DNA of 64,000 nucleotides from an uncultured Flavobacteriales bacterium (GCA_938074325.1 CALJFZ010000029.1:12292-76291), one strand, 5' to 3'. Counted from the stretch's first letter, positions 38,162 through 48,616 are shown. Made by a program: numbers and translations. Notes: a model not told the origin generated them from the sequence alone.

Positions 38162-38928
38162 GAGATTTTTCGAGCGACAAGTATACTACGCGGAGTGTCA
38201 GGGCTCCAAGGATTGAGTTCATAATCACCGAAATGCCCCTGCACCTCCCAGCCTTTTTCGGTGAAAATATTTTGCCATACCGATGGAGCAATGGACCGAA
38301 CGCGTTCCACGTGGTGCTGTGGCGCTCCTTGTTCATCCGTGTACTGAATGCTCTTCTCGATCCAACCAGGAACCATCCGTCTGTGAATGTGAAAGGTGTA
38401 CCCCCCCACTTCCTTGATTTCTTCGGGAACCAATTGCTTGCGAACCCTTTCCGGATTGAGAAAATCCAACGCAAAAACCCCTCCCTCCTGCAACACATGG
38501 TTCACACCAGACAAGGTATTCTCTAATCCCCCTTCCTCTTGGAAGTAGCCGATGCTCGTAAACAACGAGAACACCGCACCAAAGCTGTCCTCAGGAAAAA
38601 GGGACGTAATGTTTCGCATGTCTCCTTGAACGAAGTTCAAGCCATTGGATCCGCTTTGATAGCTTCGTCGAGCAGTTTCAATGCTGTTGGCACTCAAATC
38701 CAAGCCCGTTGTATCGAAGCCGAGTCGATTGAGGGAGGCGGCATGGCGGCCGGCACCGCACCCCATGTCCATCACGCGATCACCTGGGTTCAGGACGCAT
38801 TGAGCCAGGCGTGCGATGAAGGCCTCTGCCTCGCTTTCATCCCGATTTCCATATAGCGCATGGTAAGCCGGCGTGTTAAACCAGGTTGCGAACCAATTCG
38901 CATCGCTTTTCCACAACTCCGTCATCAT
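38152..38928 (-). CDS. class I SAM-dependent methyltransferase
   Basis: Motif I VMDMGCGAGRHA, plus post-I DLS and FSLFTSIGYF. Confidence 0.8.
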   Translation of the reverse strand: MMTELWKSDANWFATWFNTPAYHALYGNRDESEAEAFIARLAQCVLNPGDRVMDMGCGAGRHAASLNRLGFDTTGLDLSANSIETARRSYQSGSNGLNFVQGDMRNITSLFPEDSFGAVFSLFTSIGYFQEEGGLENTLSGVNHVLQEGGVFALDFLNPERVRKQLVPEEIKEVGGYTFHIHRRMVPGWIEKSIQYTDEQGAPQHHVERVRSIAPSVWQNIFTEKGWEVQGHFGDYELNPWSPDTPRSILVARKISCG

Positions 38929-38981
38929 TACTCGTGCAGCTTCTGCGCGCTAAGTTCGGGGTTGTGACTTTATTTTGATGT

Positions 38982-39536
38982 ATGTCCGGAGCCCTTCCTT
39001 CCGATCAAAGCAAGACTGCTGCACATTTCCCTGCAAGCGGCAAGGCATCTGTTCAAGTAGAGCTCGAGTGGAATGGCCCGATCAAAGACCAAACCACGCA
39101 CTTCATCATGGAGTGGATGGAAAACCGTCTGGATCAATTGTCTTCTCCGGGGCTGCTCAAAAAGCGCATGGTTCGTGTGGCCGTGGAGTTGCTTCAGAAC
39201 ATGCACCACCATTCAGCAATTGGCCACGAGAGCGCCAAATTCGAAGTTCGCTCAGTCAACGGAACACATTGGCTTCTTGTCACCAAAAATGCGTTGTCTT
39301 CAGATAAAGCAGAGGCCTTACGGCAAACATGGCAAGACCTCAAGTCCATGTGCAATGAGGAACTGCGCACCATGCAACGCGAAAAAATCGCAAGCAAACA
39401 ACGCAGTGCACACGGTGGTGGTGGTGTAGGATTGAACGAAATCTTACGGAAAGCTGCTGGACACGTCACCATGGAAATCAATCACCAGGCGAACGACGCA
39501 TATGTCACGTTCACCGCTGAAATCCCAATACGATAA
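38982..39536 (+). CDS. SiaB-like (DUF6272 / HATPase-fold) serine-threonine protein kinase
   Basis: 184 aa. VAVELLQNMHHH (N-box-like) and HGGGGVGLNEILRKA (G-box-like), as in SpoIIAB/SiaB-type kinases. Sits directly upstream of a DUF1987 gene. Confidence 0.6.
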   Translation: MSGALPSDQSKTAAHFPASGKASVQVELEWNGPIKDQTTHFIMEWMENRLDQLSSPGLLKKRMVRVAVELLQNMHHHSAIGHESAKFEVRSVNGTHWLLVTKNALSSDKAEALRQTWQDLKSMCNEELRTMQREKIASKQRSAHGGGGVGLNEILRKAAGHVTMEINHQANDAYVTFTAEIPIR

Positions 39537-39904
39537 TGAGTGCAATCCAACTCGAAGGCACGGCCAAAACGCCGAAAGTCGCATTCAATGATTCTCCCTT
39601 ATCCATGGAAATTTCAGGAAGATCCATCCCTGAAAACTCCATTGCGTTTTACACGCCCTTGTTGGAATGGGTTGATGAAAATCTGAAAGACGGCGGCAAC
39701 TTGGACGTGAGCATCCGTCTCGAATACTTCAATACAAGCAGCAGCAAATGCTTGATGGACCTACTCAAACGAATCGAGCAGTCACCAGCAGAAGCCAATG
39801 TTTTGTGGTACTACGAAGAGGAGGACGAGGACATGCTTGAAGCGGGCGAGGATTACGATGCCATCATCGATATGCCGTTTCGGCTGATTGCCACGGCTGG
39901 TTAA
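39536..39904 (+). CDS. SiaC-like DUF1987 regulatory phosphoprotein
   Basis: 122 aa. LEGTAKTPKVAFN...MEISGRSIPENSIAFYTPLLEWV...RLEYFNTSSSKCLMDLL is the DUF1987 pattern. The start overlaps the upstream stop (TAATG). Confidence 0.7.
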   Translation: MSAIQLEGTAKTPKVAFNDSPLSMEISGRSIPENSIAFYTPLLEWVDENLKDGGNLDVSIRLEYFNTSSSKCLMDLLKRIEQSPAEANVLWYYEEEDEDMLEAGEDYDAIIDMPFRLIATAG

Positions 39905-42807
39905 TCCAGTCGCTTCCCCCACCCCCAACGTTCTGGCCAGCGGTTCGCTAAAACGAAGTAGAGCACAAAACTCATCATCCAAAGAACGAGGATGTTGAAC
40001 ACTGGGGTCTTCACCTGCCAGCTCCCGAGCTGCTTTACCGGTGCATAGAACGGAGCATTCCAAGCCTGACGGCCCAATGGCATCTGGTGGATGAAGGCCG
40101 TCTCCTGAACCAACCCGCGACTGGTCAACGCAATGCGCTCGTGGCGGTCGGTTTGCATCACCCAATCGTGAAGTGCTTCGTTGTGATGCTCGTCTTTCAA
40201 CGCTTTCAAATCCACAGATTCAGCTAATTCCTGGCGAGCGGCGTCCCGTTCATTGAACGCGACCTTGTAGGCCTCTCGGAAAGCCACGCGCATATCATCT
40301 ACCGTGGCAATGTCCCCAACAGCGCACCCCCAACTCGTGAGCTCCTCAAGCGCACGCGACCACTCGTCAGCGCGCAGCGCTTCATCATCAATCGATCGGA
40401 ATTGTTGGTACCAAAAGTCCCGTCGCCACGCAGCTCGCTCCATGCGATCCTCGAACTCAATGAACGGTGCGTCCGCCTCGTTCTCGCGGGTCAAATGAAC
40501 CGCCAACGATTCAAATCCCCAGCGCGAGGCCATGAGGTTTCCGATCAATGGAACTCGATCCACTTGGGTGAAAATTGGGTTGAACCGATCGAACCTGATG
40601 ATGGCACCACCGAAAATAATCTGGGGGATGATCAGCAGCGGAATGATGATGTAAATGGTCTTGGCAGACTTCATGGCCGAAGACAGGTTGAGCCCCAAAA
40701 CGTTGGAGAAGGCACTCAAACTGAACAGCGTCAAAAAGAGCATCCCAAACCCGGTTGGTATCTGTAGAACCCAAAATGCGATGACCGAAAACAGGAAGCT
40801 CTGCACCGCTGAGATACCGAGCATTACACTCATTTTTGAAGCGAGGTACGCGTTCCAATTCAAGCGCAAGAATCGTTCACGACGGAGCGTCGGACGGTCC
40901 CGGAATATCTCCTCGGCGCTGAAACTCAGCCCGAGGAAAAGCGATACAATGACCGAAATGAACAGGAACTGCGGCAGGTTCTCGCTTAATCGGTAAACGA
41001 AATCTCCGTCGCCGTTGCGGAATCGGGTAAAAACAGCCAATACCATCGCAAGCACAGGCGCCTGCAACAAGTTCATCCAAACGTATTGCTTGTTCTTACG
41101 CTTGGCCTTTACATCCCTCCGCCAAAAGGAGGTGAATTGACTCCACCAGTCCGGTGTAGTCGAGGGTTCAGGCAAGGCTTTCACCTTATTCGGGCGGGGC
41201 GTATTGCCCGCTTGAATCATGTTGTAGTAATCGTTCCACTCCTCTGGAGTTACCCTCCGAATTTCCGTGAGCTGACCGTATTCATCCACCATGCAACTGG
41301 CGATGGTGTCGAAGATCTCTTCCGGATTGACGGTACCGCACGAAGCGCACATGGCCTCATTCGCTTGAACCTGGTTCGACATTTGCTTCAAGTAGCCCAG
41401 GCATTCCAATGGATTGTCCTGGTAAATGGGGTACCCACCTACATCAAGCAACAGCAATCGATCGAACAGTTTGAAGATATCTGAACTTGGCTGGTGGATG
41501 ACGACGAACACAATCTTTCCCCGAAGGGTCAGCTCCTTCAAAATGTCCATGATGTGTTCGCTGTCGCGACTGGAGAGCCCACTCGTAGGTTCATCCACAA
41601 ATAGGACCGCTGGTTCTCGGATCAGTTCCAAGGCAATGTTCAAGCGTTTGCGTTGTCCTCCAGAAATCGTTTTGTCCATGACGGAACCCACACGCAGATT
41701 CCGAATTTCCCAAAGCCCCAAACGCCGCAAGGTAGATTCAATGCGCTCCAGTCGTTCTTCTTCGGTCGAACCGCCCAAACTCAGCTCCGCGCTGAATTTG
41801 AGGTTTTCATACACCGTCAATTCGCTGATGAGCACGTCCTCCTGGGCAATGTGCCCAAGGCTGCCTTTGGCCAACGTGCTATCCTCAAAAATGGAGTGAC
41901 CGTTCATGAGAACGTCTCCAAACGTTGGACGCATGGAACCGTTCAAGATGTTGAGCAACGTCGATTTCCCCGACCCACTCGCCCCCATGATACCGATCAA
42001 GTCTCCGGATTGGGCTTCAATGGACAGAGGCCGTAGTGCGGCCTCATTGGGGTAATTGAAAAAGTGGGCCAAGTCGACCGCGTTGAAGGAAATTTTCTGT
42101 TCTGTACGCTCGCACGAACTGCACAACTGCACAACGTCGCTGAAGAATACCGCATGTCCTGACGCGTCTTTGATGACGCTTCCTTGGGCCATCGGCGAAG
42201 TTGACATCTTCGGCAACATGTTGCCATTGAGCTTTAAGTCACCACGTCCCAGGTCTTTGATGAAGAACAACTCATCGGATGAGACATTGCACACCACGAG
42301 ATTCGGGACCTCTTCATGCGGCAATGGCACACTGAAGAGTGACGCTCCCATGGAGTTCAGATCGGAACATTTGACCAGTTGCTTCAAATCAGCAGCGTCG
42401 CCAGGAAGCATGTGCAATGCATCGGCGACGGTGTTCAAGAAACTATCGGCATCGTCAATGGTGCCTGTCGACTTAGCCATCTCCGCCAAGCGAGCAAACA
42501 CGATGAGCCGATCTTTCATGTCGAGCTCCCCCATGATTTGTTGGCACAACACGAGCAACCGTACCGACAGTTTTGAACGGCGCTTCGCGAGCAGGCGCTC
42601 ATCGTCCGAGTGCGGCATGCGTTTGTTCATGCGCGCAATCTCTGCGTCGTATTGCTTGAGGTAAGCCTGCGTGAATTCATAGGAAAGCCTCCCGGCCAAA
42701 TACCGTTCGGCGGCCTGACGACCGTACATGGCCTCACGCGGAGAACGGCCGGCCGCAAACAAAGCGAACAGCCGCACAAGTGCGTCAAGGATTCCAGTGG
42801 TCATCAT
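39901..42807 (-). CDS. ABC transporter, fused ATPase + ABC-2 permease (ABCG-like), with ~250-aa N-terminal regulatory-looking region
   Basis: Walker A GASGSGKSTLLN, signature SGGQRKR, Walker B VLFVDEPTSGL, then a six-helix ABC-2-type membrane domain with a ~200-aa helical insert before the last TM. Confidence 0.85.
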   Translation of the reverse strand: MMTTGILDALVRLFALFAAGRSPREAMYGRQAAERYLAGRLSYEFTQAYLKQYDAEIARMNKRMPHSDDERLLAKRRSKLSVRLLVLCQQIMGELDMKDRLIVFARLAEMAKSTGTIDDADSFLNTVADALHMLPGDAADLKQLVKCSDLNSMGASLFSVPLPHEEVPNLVVCNVSSDELFFIKDLGRGDLKLNGNMLPKMSTSPMAQGSVIKDASGHAVFFSDVVQLCSSCERTEQKISFNAVDLAHFFNYPNEAALRPLSIEAQSGDLIGIMGASGSGKSTLLNILNGSMRPTFGDVLMNGHSIFEDSTLAKGSLGHIAQEDVLISELTVYENLKFSAELSLGGSTEEERLERIESTLRRLGLWEIRNLRVGSVMDKTISGGQRKRLNIALELIREPAVLFVDEPTSGLSSRDSEHIMDILKELTLRGKIVFVVIHQPSSDIFKLFDRLLLLDVGGYPIYQDNPLECLGYLKQMSNQVQANEAMCASCGTVNPEEIFDTIASCMVDEYGQLTEIRRVTPEEWNDYYNMIQAGNTPRPNKVKALPEPSTTPDWWSQFTSFWRRDVKAKRKNKQYVWMNLLQAPVLAMVLAVFTRFRNGDGDFVYRLSENLPQFLFISVIVSLFLGLSFSAEEIFRDRPTLRRERFLRLNWNAYLASKMSVMLGISAVQSFLFSVIAFWVLQIPTGFGMLFLTLFSLSAFSNVLGLNLSSAMKSAKTIYIIIPLLIIPQIIFGGAIIRFDRFNPIFTQVDRVPLIGNLMASRWGFESLAVHLTRENEADAPFIEFEDRMERAAWRRDFWYQQFRSIDDEALRADEWSRALEELTSWGCAVGDIATVDDMRVAFREAYKVAFNERDAARQELAESVDLKALKDEHHNEALHDWVMQTDRHERIALTSRGLVQETAFIHQMPLGRQAWNAPFYAPVKQLGSWQVKTPVFNILVLWMMSFVLYFVLANRWPERWGWGKRLD

Positions 42808-42862
42808 GTAAGATGCCTACGGAAATCCTTCGAAAAGGTTACATCAAAAGGACTTGGGACAC

Positions 42863-44377
42863 TTATTGCTGCCGCTCGAAGCACCCCTTATCGGGCAATC
42901 CAATGACCCGTGGCATGCCGTCTAAATCGAGTCCAATGGCAAACTGCCCTGCCCCGCCGTCCCAAAGCGTGTTGTTGGACGTCAAATGAAAATCACGCTC
43001 ACTGGTCGAAGCAAATGGCGGTGCGTTATCGGTGGTGGTCGCCTCCAGGATTTCGAGCGGAAAGTCCTCGTCCTGAACGTCCACTGAAGAATTCCGTATG
43101 AACGGATTGGCGGGTGGATTCAGCAAGCTCACGACCAATTCGTCAAAGTCTGTAAGGCTGTAGTTGTTGCCCCAGAAAATGCAGTTATTGAATTGAGAGC
43201 CTTCCAAAGAGCGCACCTGAATGTTTCCGTTGATGTCTTCGTACCAATCCGTAAACAGAACGCTGGGCGCTTGCCTCACGCCCTCTGACCAATAGTTGGC
43301 GAATGTGCAGTGGTCCAGGCGGTACGCTCCTCCCAAGGTGAAAGCTGCAGTGGATTGACCACAGTCGTAGAACAGGTTATTGAAACCATCGATGGTCCCC
43401 CCTTGGGCGTACATGCCGTACGCACTCATGTTGTGGATGATCGTATTGCGAATGTCCAACGCCGGTGCCGTGCTGGTCCCTGTGGTATCCACTTGCAATC
43501 CAATGGTCCCGTTTTTCAGAATCGCGTAATCCATGGTGCACTCAACCCCGCCATACAGCCAGATACCACCGCGCTGCGCGGTGACTTCTTCAATGCCATA
43601 TTCAGTTTCGAATTGAAAGTCCAATTCGATGCCCCACTGCCCCGGAACGTCGGCATAGCTGTCTTCCAGCCTGTCCCCTTGGAACACCACTTCGCTGCCC
43701 AACGCGCCTTGCACATCCAAGGTCGATTGATACACCAGCAGGCCACCGCCATTGTGAACGTGCACTTGCGTCCCTTCCTCAATCGTCAACTTGCACCCTG
43801 GCTCCACCTCTACAATACCGTAAATCACATGCGGCAGGTCATTGGTCCATACTTCATCGCATGTGGGCAGCGGATTCAACTCATTCAAGCCGCCGTGAAA
43901 GTGCGCGTTCTGCCCCCAAGCAATTAGGGAGACAGCCTGCTCTGCACCGTTGGCATTGAACCGAAGTTCATCCTCAATGACAAATGGCGTCTGTTCGGAA
44001 TTGGGATCAACGGTTACCTCCAAGAAAATCCACATGCTGTCTTCGGCGAGCAGGGGCCAATCCGTCACGCTCGGACCGACTTCCCCGTCAATGTTCACGC
44101 GGAACGGCGAATCACTCCCTCCACTTAAGGCAATCTCATCTATGCGAAGCGCTTCCTGATTGCGGTTGTAAACTTTGAGTGGCAGCGTCACAGAACCAAT
44201 GGTCGTGAACACGGTGTCAAACAGTACGGTATCGGATGAAAATTCAAGCTCCAGCGTTGGATCGTCCGAAAACTGGACCTTTCCGCAACCCGCAGACCAC
44301 AGGAGAACAACAGCAAGCAAAGCCCAGCTCGCATGAACAAGATCCTTGGTCGCTGGGCTTTTAAATCGGTTCGTCAT
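42863..44377 (-). CDS. lipoprotein, probable right-handed beta-helix fold
   Basis: Lipobox LWSAGC after start ATG 44377. Repeated G-x-I/V-x-N/H turns (IHNMSAYGMYAQGG, NNCIFWGNN) suggest a pectin-lyase-like beta-helix. Confidence 0.45.
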   Translation of the reverse strand: MTNRFKSPATKDLVHASWALLAVVLLWSAGCGKVQFSDDPTLELEFSSDTVLFDTVFTTIGSVTLPLKVYNRNQEALRIDEIALSGGSDSPFRVNIDGEVGPSVTDWPLLAEDSMWIFLEVTVDPNSEQTPFVIEDELRFNANGAEQAVSLIAWGQNAHFHGGLNELNPLPTCDEVWTNDLPHVIYGIVEVEPGCKLTIEEGTQVHVHNGGGLLVYQSTLDVQGALGSEVVFQGDRLEDSYADVPGQWGIELDFQFETEYGIEEVTAQRGGIWLYGGVECTMDYAILKNGTIGLQVDTTGTSTAPALDIRNTIIHNMSAYGMYAQGGTIDGFNNLFYDCGQSTAAFTLGGAYRLDHCTFANYWSEGVRQAPSVLFTDWYEDINGNIQVRSLEGSQFNNCIFWGNNYSLTDFDELVVSLLNPPANPFIRNSSVDVQDEDFPLEILEATTTDNAPPFASTSERDFHLTSNNTLWDGGAGQFAIGLDLDGMPRVIGLPDKGCFERQQ

Positions 44378-44388
44378 GGAGAGCAAAG

Positions 44389-45015
44389 ATGATGCATATT
44401 CGTCGTATGAACGATGCACACAACGCATTCATTGCCCACCTTGAACAGCACGACCCCATTTTATTGAACGTCGTCACCCAAAACGGTCCTATCGCCTTGC
44501 CTGAGCAGCAACCTCACTTCGAAGCGCTGTGCCGTGCAATCATCAGCCAACAACTGAGTACAAAAGCCGCAGCGACCATCGTGCGCCGTGTGTTCGATTG
44601 GGCAAATGACCGTGAAGGCCTGAATCCCAGCACCCTGCTCAACGCGGATCCGACCTCGCTTCGCGCACTGGGCATCAGCGGCCAAAAAGCCGCCTACCTA
44701 CATGCACTTGCAGAAGCTTGGACATCGAATCCTAAATCCATGAAAGCTCTTGACGAGCTTTCCGATGCGGAAGTAATCAAAACCCTAACGGACATCAAAG
44801 GCATTGGGGAATGGACCGCGCACATGTTCTTGATTTTCACCTTGCGTCGACCCGATGTGTTTGCCCCGGGTGATTTGGCCATCAAAAAAGCCATGGTCCG
44901 TCTCTATGGACTTTCCATGGCTTCTTCGATTCGTGAATTTGATGCGGTGGCAGAACCTTGGCGGCCTTATCGGTCGCTGGCTTGCTTGCACCTATGGCGC
45001 AGCCTAGATGGCTGA
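44389..45015 (+). CDS. DNA-3-methyladenine glycosylase II family (HhH-GPD, AlkA-like)
   Basis: IISQQLSTKAAATIVRRV, IKGIGEWTAHMFLIF and PDVFAPGDLAI. Confidence 0.75.
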   Translation: MMHIRRMNDAHNAFIAHLEQHDPILLNVVTQNGPIALPEQQPHFEALCRAIISQQLSTKAAATIVRRVFDWANDREGLNPSTLLNADPTSLRALGISGQKAAYLHALAEAWTSNPKSMKALDELSDAEVIKTLTDIKGIGEWTAHMFLIFTLRRPDVFAPGDLAIKKAMVRLYGLSMASSIREFDAVAEPWRPYRSLACLHLWRSLDG

Positions 45016-45017
45016 GC

Positions 45018-45887
45018 TTAGCCCAAGTAGCTCTTCAAAATTCGGCTGCGGCTGGTGTGCTTCAGTCGTCGGATGGCCTTCTCTTTGATTTGACGCACAC
45101 GCTCGCGGGTCAAATCAAAACGTTCTCCAATTTCCTCCAATGTCATGGGGTGCTCACCGTTCAGGCCGAAGTACAAGCGAATGACATCCCCTTCGCGAGG
45201 AGTCAACGTGCGCAATGAACGTTCGATTTCCTTGCGCAGCGATTCTGTCATCAACTCGGTATCCGGTGAAGGCGTATCGCCAGTACGCATGACATCGTAC
45301 ATGTTACTCGAAGACTCATCACCGTCCTTCAACGGAGCATCCATGGATACGTGACGCCCTGCATTCTTCATGCTTTGCTTCACTTCATCCAGTGTCATAT
45401 CCAGCGTTTCAGCCAGTTCCGCAGCTGTTGGAGGACGCTCAAATTCCTGCTCCAAACGGGCAAAGGCCTTGTTGATCTTGTTAATTGATCCAATCTTGTT
45501 CAATGGAAGTCGAACAATTCGGCTCTGCTCAGCCAACGCCTGCAAAATGCTTTGGCGAATCCACCAAACAGCATAAGAGATGAACTTAAAGCCACGCGTC
45601 TCGTCGAAACGCTGAGCAGCCTTGATCAATCCGAGGTTGCCCTCGTTGATCAAATCCGGCAAACTCAATCCTTGGTTCTGGTATTGCTTGGACACGGAGA
45701 CCACAAAACGAAGGTTCGCTTTGGTCAACTTTTCCAACGCCACTTGGTCGCCTTTCTTGATGCGACGCGCCAACTCCACTTCCTCTTCTGCTGTAATCAA
45801 ATCAACACGCCCAATCTCTTGCAAGTACTTGTCAAGAGATGCCGTTTCACGGTTGGTAACCTGTTTGGTGATTTTTAGCTGCCGCAT
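45018..45887 (-). CDS. rpoD: primary RNA polymerase sigma factor (sigma-70 family, Bacteroidota short SigA)
   Basis: [30 protein letters not shown] and [27 protein letters not shown]. 289 aa. Confidence 0.92.
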   Translation of the reverse strand: MRQLKITKQVTNRETASLDKYLQEIGRVDLITAEEEVELARRIKKGDQVALEKLTKANLRFVVSVSKQYQNQGLSLPDLINEGNLGLIKAAQRFDETRGFKFISYAVWWIRQSILQALAEQSRIVRLPLNKIGSINKINKAFARLEQEFERPPTAAELAETLDMTLDEVKQSMKNAGRHVSMDAPLKDGDESSSNMYDVMRTGDTPSPDTELMTESLRKEIERSLRTLTPREGDVIRLYFGLNGEHPMTLEEIGERFDLTRERVRQIKEKAIRRLKHTSRSRILKSYLG

Positions 45888-45953
45888 GTGTGGTTCTTAT
45901 TTCGTCGTATCTAATTAAATGGAAAAGGGTGAGGAATTGTTGCCGAACGGATG

Positions 45954-48194
45954 TTAATCCTCGTTTTGGCTGCGCTCCTCACGGCGTGGTCCACGGTCTC
46001 GGTTGCGATCACCGCGTCCACGTCCGCGCTCTCCGCGTGGGCGTTCGGGGCGCTCAACGTAGCCTTCTGGCTTTGGCAACAAGACTTTGCGGCTCAACTT
46101 GATCTTGCCAGTCTTCTCATCACGGCCGACCACTTTGAACTTCACCACCTCACCTTCCTTCAAAACGTCCTCCACGCGCTCTACGCGCTTCCAGTCCAAC
46201 TCACTCACGTGGAGCAAACCGTCCTGTCCGGGAATGACTTCAACGAACGCGCCGTATGGCATGATGCTCTTCACCTTGCCTTCGTATTCCTCCCCAATCT
46301 CAACGGTCGGTGGGAATGCAATGGCCTTGACCTTTGCGAGGGCGGCATCAATCGCTGCTTTGTTCGAAGCGGCAATCTCCACGATGCCCTTGCCGTCAAC
46401 GTCCTCAATGCTGATGGTCGTTTCCGTCTCGGCTTGGATTTCCTGAATGATCTTACCACCTGGGCCAATGATGGGGCCAATGGCTTCACCTGGAACTGTC
46501 AACGAGACAATTCGTGGCGCGTGATCCTTGTAATCAGTACGTGGCTCGCTGATGCTACCGAGCATTTCCTTGCGGATGTGATGGCGGCCATCACGTGCTT
46601 GTGCCAGTGCTTCGCGCAATTGCTGGAAGCTCAAGCCCTTGATTTTGATGTCCATCTGGCACGCTGTAATGCCGTGCTCTGTCCCGGTCACCTTGAAGTC
46701 CATATCACCGAGGTGATCCTCGTCGCCCAAAATGTCGGAGAGAACGACATACTTTCCAGATTCCATATCGGTGATCAAGCCCATTGCGATGCCTGACACA
46801 GGCGCCTTGATCGGCACACCACCGTCCATGAGCGCCAGCGTGCCTGCGCAAACTGTAGCCATAGAAGATGAACCGTTCGACTCGAGAATTTCACTCACCA
46901 AGCGAATGGTGTAAGGACAATCCTCTGTTGCCGGCAAAACAGGCTTCAACGCTCGGAGCGCCAAGTTTCCATGCCCTACCTCACGACGGCTGGTACCGCG
47001 CAACGGTCGCTCTTCACCAGTCGAGAATGGTGGGAAATTGTAGTGCAACAAGAACTTCTCGTTCTTACGAACCAATGCCCCATCAATCAACTGCTCATCA
47101 AGTTTCGTTCCGAGGGTCAATGTGGTCAACGACTGGGTTTCACCTCGCGTAAAGATGGAGCTGCCGTGTGTGCTTGGCAGGTAGTCCACTTCCGTCCAGA
47201 TGGGGCGAATGTCGGTTGAAGAACGACCGTCAAGACGGATGCCTTCGTTCAAGAGCAAATCGCGAACGGCCTTCTTCTGTGCAGTGCCGATGTATTGACG
47301 CAACATGAAGCCCTTCTCGGCTACTTCTTCTTCCGAGAGGGTCGCCATGAACGCTTCCTTCAACTCAGAGAACTTCGCCTTGCGCTCCTCTTTTGTGCTG
47401 CCTTGCTTGGCCGCCTCGTAGAACTTTTCGACCAACGCATCGTTTACGCGTGCTCGAAGATCTTCGTCGTGGTTTTCGTGTGAGTACTCACGCTGAACAC
47501 CGAAGTGGCCCGTCTTCTTGGCCAATTCGATCTGTGCCTCGCATTGCTTTTGAATGGCCCCGTGCGCCACTTCAATGGCATCCACCATCTCATCCTCACT
47601 CACCTCGCTCATCTCGCCCTCGACCATGACAATGCTGTCCATGCTTCCTGCAACCATGATGTCCATGTCCGCGCGTTCCAACTCAGACCGGAATGGGTTG
47701 ATGATGAACTCACCATCCACACGTGCTACGCGAACTTCAGATATGGGGCCATCGAATGGAATGTCACTTACGGAGATGCACGCCGAAGCTGCAAGACCTG
47801 CCAAACTATCGGGAAGAACCTCTTCGTCGGCCGACATCAACTGAATCATGACCTGCGTACCCGCATGGTAATCCCCGGGGAACGTTGGGCGCAAGGCCCG
47901 GTCTACCAAGCGCATGACCAACACTTCTGTATCAGAAGGGCGCGCCTCTCGCTTGAAGAAACCGCCTGGGAAACGCCCCGCAGCGGCATATTTTTCTCTG
48001 TAATCGACTGTAAGTGGCAAAAAATCAACGTCGTCTCGGACGTCGTGTGCAGAGACTGCAGTTGCCAATAACATGGTGTTGCCGCTCTTTACGACAACGG
48101 AACCGTGCGCCTGCTTAGCGAGCTTGCCGGTCTCAATGGTGATCTCGCGCCCGTTGCCGAGATCAATGGTTTGGTTGTGTACCGTGTAATTCAT
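45954..48194 (-). CDS. pnp: polyribonucleotide nucleotidyltransferase (PNPase) with Arg-rich C-terminal tail
   Basis: Two RNase PH domains, KH ([12 protein letters not shown]) and S1 ([15 protein letters not shown]). The tail reads [26 protein letters not shown]. Confidence 0.96.
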   Translation of the reverse strand: MNYTVHNQTIDLGNGREITIETGKLAKQAHGSVVVKSGNTMLLATAVSAHDVRDDVDFLPLTVDYREKYAAAGRFPGGFFKREARPSDTEVLVMRLVDRALRPTFPGDYHAGTQVMIQLMSADEEVLPDSLAGLAASACISVSDIPFDGPISEVRVARVDGEFIINPFRSELERADMDIMVAGSMDSIVMVEGEMSEVSEDEMVDAIEVAHGAIQKQCEAQIELAKKTGHFGVQREYSHENHDEDLRARVNDALVEKFYEAAKQGSTKEERKAKFSELKEAFMATLSEEEVAEKGFMLRQYIGTAQKKAVRDLLLNEGIRLDGRSSTDIRPIWTEVDYLPSTHGSSIFTRGETQSLTTLTLGTKLDEQLIDGALVRKNEKFLLHYNFPPFSTGEERPLRGTSRREVGHGNLALRALKPVLPATEDCPYTIRLVSEILESNGSSSMATVCAGTLALMDGGVPIKAPVSGIAMGLITDMESGKYVVLSDILGDEDHLGDMDFKVTGTEHGITACQMDIKIKGLSFQQLREALAQARDGRHHIRKEMLGSISEPRTDYKDHAPRIVSLTVPGEAIGPIIGPGGKIIQEIQAETETTISIEDVDGKGIVEIAASNKAAIDAALAKVKAIAFPPTVEIGEEYEGKVKSIMPYGAFVEVIPGQDGLLHVSELDWKRVERVEDVLKEGEVVKFKVVGRDEKTGKIKLSRKVLLPKPEGYVERPERPRGERGRGRGDRNRDRGPRREERSQNED

Positions 48195-48244
48195 CTTTCC
48201 TGTAAAATCATCCTAAAGCGTTGCACCCCGTTGGGTATAAACGC

Positions 48245-48285
48245 AAAAAAACGAAGAAGGCAATGGTAAAATACCGATTGCCTCC
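48245..48285 (-). terminator. rpsO terminator / pnp leader hairpin
   Basis: On the minus strand, AGGCAAT...ATTGCCT (7 bp, 12-nt loop) followed by TTTTTTT (plus-strand A-run 48245-48251). Lies between rpsO and pnp, as in other bacteria. Confidence 0.6.
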
Positions 48286-48304
48286 CCCGTTTGTAAATTC
48301 ATAA

Positions 48305-48574
48305 TTAACGACGCAAACCGAGTTTTGCAACGATTTCGCGGTAGCGTGTAATGTCTTTTGCTTTGAGGTAATCCAACAACTTACGACGCTTACCGACCAA
48401 CTTGATCAAAGCGCGTTGCGTGTGGTAGTCCTTTCGGTTTTTCTTCAGATGCTCAGTCAAGTGAGCGATTCGGAAGGAGAACATGGCAATCTGCGCTTCA
48501 GCGCTGCCCGTGTCCTTTTCGTTCGCGCCAAACGTGGCGAAGAACTCTTTCTTTTTTGCTGAATCTAAGTACAT
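48305..48574 (-). CDS. rpsO: 30S ribosomal protein S15
   Basis: GSAEAQIAMFSFRIAHLTEHLKKNRKDYHTQRALIKLVGKRRKLLDYL. Confidence 0.96.
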   Translation of the reverse strand: MYLDSAKKKEFFATFGANEKDTGSAEAQIAMFSFRIAHLTEHLKKNRKDYHTQRALIKLVGKRRKLLDYLKAKDITRYREIVAKLGLRR

Positions 48575-48616
48575 GGCGAAATCGAAATGATGTTCGTGAT
48601 GCTAAATAATGAAGCG

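Noticed and set aside
45951-46796. Many other long antisense ORFs inside strong genes, for example 45951-46796 and 47505-48071 (pnp), 20318-21004 and 21591-22325 (clpC), 3761-4447 (rpsA), 50532-51278 (BamA-like), 43310-43927, 14438-15088, 9038-9643, 17643-18221 and 5009-5566.
   Set aside because: All are shadow ORFs in the same codon-aligned antisense frame of well-supported genes. Their translations are low-complexity or Arg/Ser/Leu-rich with no motifs.
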